From an uncultured delta proteobacterium (GTDB lineage Bacteria > Desulfobacterota > RBG-13-43-22): a DNA stretch of 64,000 nt. Positions 61,991 through 64,000 of the stretch are shown here, in pieces; the first letter of the stretch is position 1, and each line of letters begins with the position of its first letter. A program made the position numbers and the translations under genes. The stretch is from assembly GCA_963843145.1 (NCBI GenBank), contig CAWJJC010000013.1, positions 10,874 to 74,873 of the forward strand, read 5' to 3'. The notes beneath the pieces were generated by a model that saw only the letters and a program-made list of their open reading frames with translations, ran no database searches and was not told the origin of the DNA.

Positions 61991-63130
61991 ATGATGAACG
62001 GACATAGTGATCTACAGCAGACGAGTAAATCTTCTGATTTTAAGATTCCCGCCGTTAACGCTCCCCATTATTATCAAACGCGATTACGATTTAGAATAAA
62101 TTCTAAAGACTGTTTAGAAGCGCTGGGCCAGATTTTAAAACGGCTGGTCCGGATGGACCTTCCGGGGAAGGATCAGGTGGAAGCCTATCTTCGTCACCTG
62201 ACGTATGGCAACCGCAGACCGAGAACCTTGTACAGCCGTTTTGGGGCGATCATTCTTTTTCTGGGCCTGATACGGGAGAGCGGCAGGACATCCCTGGAAG
62301 CCATTACCCGAAGGGATGTGGAAACCTTTATCGAGCGGGAGCAGGACCGGGGGATTAAGATTACAACGATCAGGACCAGGCTGGTGAGTGTGCAAGCCTT
62401 TCTCCGTTACCTGTTAGAAGAAGGAAGGGTTTCCGCGGAACTCTTCAGCAGGAGGATACGGTTGCAATTACCGGAGCGGCTGCCGCGGGCCATGGATCCT
62501 GACGATCTGCGGAAGCTGCTTTCGGTCATTGACGATATTCGTGACCGGGCCATGATCCTGGTCTTGTTGAGGACGGGCCTGCGGATCGGAGAACTGCTTA
62601 ATACCAAGATGGCCGACGTCCATCTTAAGGAACGGAAGATAGAGATTTATGAAGGCGAGAAGAACCGCCTGGGGAGGGTGGTCTATCTCAGCGACGATGC
62701 GGTCCTGGCTCTGCGGAGGTGGTTGAAGAAGAGGAATCCCGGTGAGGAGTACCTGATCTATACCCGGACAGAGACCATGTCCTACAGCACCGCCCGGACC
62801 ATTTTTATGCGCTATCTGGAGAAGGCGGGATTGGCGGACAAGGGATATTCCCTGCATACCCTTCGCCATACCTTTGCCACGGAGTTTCTCAACGCCGGCC
62901 TGCGTCTGGAGTGTCTCCAAGTTTTGTTGGGGCACCGGAGCATCGAGGAAACCCGGCGGTATGCCCGGCTGACTGATAAGACCCGGGAGGCTGAGTATTT
63001 TAGAGCCATGTCGAAAATAGAGAGGAGGGACAGTAATGGCGATGACCGATGCGATCCTGAACTGGCAAAGATTTTTAAAGCGGCGGAACTGTTCGCCCCA
63101 TGCCGTGAAGAACTATCTGAACCTCATTAA
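61991..63130 (+). CDS. Tyrosine recombinase/integrase 1
   Basis: SAM-like N-domain, TGLRIGE, HTLRHTFAT, LGH...TRRY. Confidence 0.92.
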   Translation: MMNGHSDLQQTSKSSDFKIPAVNAPHYYQTRLRFRINSKDCLEALGQILKRLVRMDLPGKDQVEAYLRHLTYGNRRPRTLYSRFGAIILFLGLIRESGRTSLEAITRRDVETFIEREQDRGIKITTIRTRLVSVQAFLRYLLEEGRVSAELFSRRIRLQLPERLPRAMDPDDLRKLLSVIDDIRDRAMILVLLRTGLRIGELLNTKMADVHLKERKIEIYEGEKNRLGRVVYLSDDAVLALRRWLKKRNPGEEYLIYTRTETMSYSTARTIFMRYLEKAGLADKGYSLHTLRHTFATEFLNAGLRLECLQVLLGHRSIEETRRYARLTDKTREAEYFRAMSKIERRDSNGDDRCDPELAKIFKAAELFAPCREELSEPH

Positions 63131-63929
63131 ACACTTTATCATCTGGCTGGATGTGCCGGTGGAGGCCGTGACCCACGTAACCGTGTCACGCTACATCGAG
63201 CATCTCATGAGGAAGAGGCTGGCGCCCAAGACGGTCAACTGCCACTTGAACGGTATTCGCCAGTTCTACCATTACCTGCGGGATGAGGAAGGGGTGATTA
63301 TCACCAATCCCATCAAGAAGACTCATCTCCAGAAGATGTCCCAGCCCCTTCCCCGACACCTGAGAGATGATCAGGTGGAGACCTTTTTTAAGGCCATCAA
63401 GGGCGTCCGTGACCGGGCCATGTTCATGCTCATGCTCCGTTGCGGGCTACGGGTGGAAGAAGTCGCCCAGCTAACGATCGGGGTCATAGACGTCAAACGC
63501 AGGACTATCCTGGTGGAAGACGGTAAGGGTGGAAAAGATCGGGTCGTCTATATGAGCCATGATGCCCTTCAGGCCCTGGCCGCCTATCTGACGGTGAGGC
63601 CGCCATCCAAGGCCAGAAAGATCTTTCTGGCGGAAAAGAAACCTTGTCAGGGGCAGCCCATCTCCATCCGCGGCATTCAGCGGCGCATGGAAACTTATGC
63701 TCGCCAAGCCAAGCTCAAGGTGTCCTGTCATCATCTTCGCCATACCATGGCCACCCAACTGCTCAATGCCGATGCCGATCTTTCCACCATTCAAGATCTC
63801 CTGGGTCATAGCCATGTGAAAACCACACAACGGTACTGCCGGATTTCAAACCTTAAGGTGCAGCGAGACTACTTCAAAGCCATGGAGGTGATTAGGCAAC
63901 AAACGGCTGGCCACCCAAATAATGCTTGA
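63036..63929 (+). CDS. Tyrosine recombinase/integrase 2
   Basis: CGLRVEE, GKGGKDR, HHLRHTMAT, LGHS...TQRY; own GGAGG RBS. Confidence 0.92.
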   Translation: MAMTDAILNWQRFLKRRNCSPHAVKNYLNLIKHFIIWLDVPVEAVTHVTVSRYIEHLMRKRLAPKTVNCHLNGIRQFYHYLRDEEGVIITNPIKKTHLQKMSQPLPRHLRDDQVETFFKAIKGVRDRAMFMLMLRCGLRVEEVAQLTIGVIDVKRRTILVEDGKGGKDRVVYMSHDALQALAAYLTVRPPSKARKIFLAEKKPCQGQPISIRGIQRRMETYARQAKLKVSCHHLRHTMATQLLNADADLSTIQDLLGHSHVKTTQRYCRISNLKVQRDYFKAMEVIRQQTAGHPNNA

Positions 63930-64000
63930 CGAAATAACCAAACTATGAGATTTTGAACAACATGTAACCTATTAACTTCAATAAGAAAATCAGATTTTAG

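Noticed and set aside
61991-63929. Integron integrase or chromosomal xerC/xerD
   Set aside because: No IntI-specific insertion is visible; the overlapping tandem layout and AT-rich flanks fit a mobile element better

Overview
A 64 kb, moderately GC-rich bacterial chromosomal window. Gene content (LutB/LutC lactate oxidation, HDOD protein, PCP_red/4Fe-4S protein, hybrid PAS kinases) suggests an anaerobic deltaproteobacterium (Desulfobacterota-like); this is inference. Core genes include dacA, nudC, a TetR-regulated RND pump, degP, mutS2, a fatty acyl-CoA ligase, fur/perR-katG, a PfkB kinase and glgP. Between them lie many intact and decayed toxin-antitoxin loci, several families of palindromic REP/MITE-like repeats, degenerate attC-like sites, duplicated gene 3' ends and a tandem tyrosine-recombinase pair at the right end. 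Many genes carry single-base indels (nudC, acrA, lutB, MFS, katG, a kinase, DUF6345, the AAA/DUF4276 pair), most likely long-read assembly errors. Highlights: (1) a 1409-aa RelE-like + SF1 helicase + TPR protein resembling eukaryotic TRANK1, a candidate defence system; (2) two unrelated secreted proteins sharing a C-terminal [FY][LM]PLIxR tail, a candidate sorting signal; (3) repeated cases of antitoxin loci whose toxin was lost or truncated and replaced by a repair or stress gene; (4) a putative 6S RNA and a putative sigma54-driven sRNA. All family calls come from motif recognition by eye; no searches were run.
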